Notes under the pieces: generated by a model
The model's input: only the letters and a program-made list of their open reading frames with translations
What the model was told of the DNA's origin: nothing
Database searches by the model: none
In this document: positions 60,724 through 64,000 of the stretch, piece after piece
Layout of the letters: each line of letters begins with the position of its first letter
How positions within the stretch are numbered: position 1 is the stretch's first letter
Source of the DNA: Stegostoma tigrinum
Lineage: Eukaryota
Length of the DNA: 64,000 nucleotides
Reading direction: 5' to 3'
NCBI RefSeq assembly: GCF_030684315.1
Contig: NC_081375.1
Location: 22,308,021 to 22,372,020, forward strand
Made by a program: the position numbers and the translations under genes

Positions 60724-62035
60724 CCCATAAGACCATAAGACATAGGAGTGGAAGTAAGGCCATTCGGCCCATCAAGTCCACTCCGCCATTTAAATCATGG
60801 CTGATGGGCATTTCAACACCACTTCCCTGCACTCTCCCCGTAGTTCTTGATTCCTTTTGAGATCAAGAATTTGTTGATCTCTGCCTTGAAGGCATCCAAC
60901 GTCCCGGCCTCCACTGCACTCTGTGGCAATGAATTCCACAAGCACACCACTCTCTGGCTGAAGAAATGTTGTCTCATTTCAGTTTTTAATTTACCCCCTC
61001 TAATTTTAAGGCTGTGCCCATGGGTCCTAGTCTCCCTGCCTAATGGAAACAGCTTCCTAGTGTCCACCCCTTCTAAACCATACATTATCTTGTAAGTTTC
61101 TGTTAGATCTCCCCTCAACCTTCTAAACTCAAATGAGTACAATCCCAGGATCCTTAGCCATTCATCATACGTTAAACCTACCATTCCAGGGATCATCCGT
61201 GTGAATCTCCGCTGGACACGCTCCAGGGCTAGTATGTCCTTCCTGAGGTGTGGGGCCCAAAATTGGACACAGTATTCTAAATGGGGCCTAACTAGAGCTT
61301 TATAAAGCCTCAGAAGCACATCGCTGCTTTTATATTCCAACCCTCTTGAGATAAATGACAATATTACATTCGCTTTCTTAATTACGGACTCTACCTGCAA
61401 GTTAACCTTTAGAGAATCCTGGACCAACACTCCCAGATCCCTTTGCACTTCTGATTTGCGAATTTTCTCACCATTTAGAAAATAGTCCATGCCTGTATTC
61501 TTTTTTCCAAAGTGCAAAACCTCACATTTACTCACATTGAATTTCATCAGCCATTTCCTGGACCACTCTCCTAAACTGTCTAAATCTTTCTGCAGCTTTC
61601 CCACCTCCCCAGTACTACCTGCCTGTCCACCTTTCTTCGTATCATCGGCGAACTTCGCCAGAATGCCCCCAGTCCCTTCATCCAGATCATTAATATATAA
61701 GGTGAACAGCTGTGGCCCCAACACTGAACCCTGCAGGACACCACTCGTCACCGGTTGCCATTCCGAAAAAGAGCCTTTTGTCTCAACTCTCTGCCTTCTG
61801 TCAGACAGCCAATCCTCAATCCAAGCCAGTAGCTCGCCTCGAACACCATGGGTCCTCACCTTGCTCAGCAGCCACCCGTGAGGCACTGTATCAAAGGCCT
61901 TTTGGAAGTCTAGATAGATAACATCTACTGGGTTTCCCTGGTCTAACGTACTTGTTACCTCTTCAAAGAATTCTACCAGGTTTGTCAGGCACGACCTCCC
62001 CTTACTAAAACCATGCTGACTTGTTTTATTCTGAC
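60724..62035 (-). mobile_element. CR1 LINE, 5'-truncated, open RT ORF (60813-62078)
   Basis: QHGFSKGRSCLTNL, YLDFQKAFD, SGVLQGSVLGP, KFADDTK, RPHLEYCVQFW; short cttatg-type tail repeats. Confidence 0.95.
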
Positions 62036-64000
62036 CCTGCACTTCCAGGAATTTACCATCCCAACAGAGTTCAGTCAAAATACAGGGAAAATTATTGGAA
62101 CTTATTGTTTTTGTGTTCAGATAAGCATAGTCCAGACCTTGAGGTATTTCTTCAAAGAGTATTTATTTATAATTCATACGTGATTCTCTTGCAGCAGACA
62201 TCTCTGCCTCAAGTTCTCTAGTTCCAACCTTCCAGCAGAGTCTCCCTCACATGACTCTGATGTCAACTCAGAGTGGCATCTGCAAATTCCTTAATTGCTA
62301 TCTCCACACTTATTGCATTAAAGAATCAAAAGAGTTTCCATTTCTTCAATAACTTTAAATTGCAAGTTAGATTTATTTCTGTCAGTCGAACATTTACAAT
62401 GGCCTCCATAGGGATTTATTGTGATATTGAATTGTACACTGATTGCAGATTAGAATGTGAATACACCACGGCATTGTACCATAGAATGGTATTTTGAATT
62501 TTTTTTAACAGAAAGTGTTTTCAGGGAAATAGTGAAGCACCCCTGCAGCTTCCTGGCCTTCTTCATTTCTAAAATCTGTTAATGGGATATGGACATTGCT
62601 GGCTAATTCAGCATTTTAAAAAAATCTTGCCATGGTCAATTGATTGTTATTGACTTTTCTTCCTAATGGCATTGTGGATCTACCTAAAGCACATGGACTG
62701 CAGTGGTTAAGAAGGCAGCTCACCACCACCTTCTCAAGGGCAACTGGAGATGGGCAATAAATGCTGGCTAGCTAGTGATGCCCTCATTTTCGTGTCCCCC
62801 ACCTCCAATCCTCCACCAGCAAAGAATTGATCTGCCTCTTCCTTTTCCCACTGCCACTCTCTACTGATCCCAGGATTACATCCCTGTTCTGAATCCACCT
62901 TAACAACCTCCAACTTCCCCACCACAGCACAAACCAACTGAGTTACCCCCATCCATCCGGTTCCCTTCAACCCCACAAATCCCCCACTCCACCCCCTTGC
63001 CCTCCTGCAATGTTAACCCCTTAAACACTTGCAAATCTACTCCAACTCCAATTTACCTTTGACACTTAATCTTCTCTCAACATATCAAAGTGCTTTCAGG
63101 ATCTTTATACCTTGTAATATAATAGCTAAGTGTCAAACAGGGGCATGGTTTCAACATCAATTCACTCAGCTATGTAGGCTCCTGACTTGGATTAAACTGC
63201 TGCAGCTGGGAGAGTCCCTGACATTTGCACAGAGAACTCCTTTTGTTTTGTCTAATCAGAGTCAGAAATCAGATTTTCAACTCTAATTGGAAGATCTGGG
63301 ACTGTCTCATAGACTAGAAAGGTTTGGCTCAGGAATCTCATTTTCAGAAAGGTCAAGCACTGCTTAATGTTAATGTTGTTTACTTTCTGACATGAGAGAA
63401 AATTGTCATACAAAATAGCACAGAGAAACCAAAGAGTTTCACAGTTGCAACAAGCCAACAATTGTGGGTTATTAACTAGCATGGTATCTAAAGTAAAGCA
63501 ACAAAACTCTGTTGTACTTTTATACAACTCAAGAAGCAGTTCTTGAAGAGCCAGCGGAGGAAGTGCAAAGTCCACTTCACCAGAATTGGTTTAAGGTACA
63601 GATTGTTTAAAATGTTAAATATAAATATATTTATCAATGTTGTTCTATAGACAGTTGTTGTAATTTGTAACCTGTAACATTTAATAATCCAAGGAAAAAG
63701 CTGCAGTGCCTGCTCGTGACAGCTGCATAATGCCTGTGGATGGAATCTTGTTGTGGTAACAAGAATTGCATCTGCTGGCTTAAGAGCCAGGGACAGAACC
63801 CACTTTGCCTTTTCTGATAAGGCCTGCCAAACCATGTGCTAATCATGCTTTGACAAGTCTACTGTGGGCCTTCAACTGAAATCAAGTTCCCATGACCATC
63901 AAGAACTGTTGGAAGATCTCAGCAGCTCTTGCAGTCTACAGCATTATGGAGTAGGTTGTGGCTGCTGCAGAAAGTACATCTCTTCCCATGAGTCCCAGGA

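Noticed and set aside
62120-62142. Possible 23-nt micro-exon (cag|ATAAGC...TTGAG|gtattt) of the divergent gene
   Set aside because: Not phase-compatible with the preceding phase 0 exon and has no similarity to the repeat exons

Overview
Vertebrate genomic DNA with long introns and many repeats. The repeat landscape (CR1 LINEs, HE1-type tRNA SINEs, Penelope elements) suggests a shark or other cartilaginous fish; this is an inference. The main feature is a complete lysosomal acid alpha-glucosidase gene (GAA, GH31) on the minus strand. Its 19 coding exons (43785 down to 7895) have GT-AG boundaries and total 2862 nt, giving 953 aa, with intact WIDMNE and WTGD catalytic motifs. A CpG-rich region near 51.4-52.0 kb looks like a bidirectional promoter. 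It carries an RFX X-box and drives a divergent + strand gene whose first five exons encode an acidic, low-complexity N-terminus built partly from duplicated exons (CCDC40 is a candidate, not confirmed). The promoter module is duplicated at about 0.5-1.35 kb with a nearly identical ~590-bp core inside diverged flanks, implying a tandem GAA paralog left of the window plus recent homogenisation. The window also holds a young Penelope element with an inverted terminal repeat, several fold-back Penelope-derived mini-elements with target-site duplications (TSDs) and minimal hammerhead ribozyme motifs, a solo LTR, a TA-flanked MITE, and many CR1, LINE and SINE fragments.
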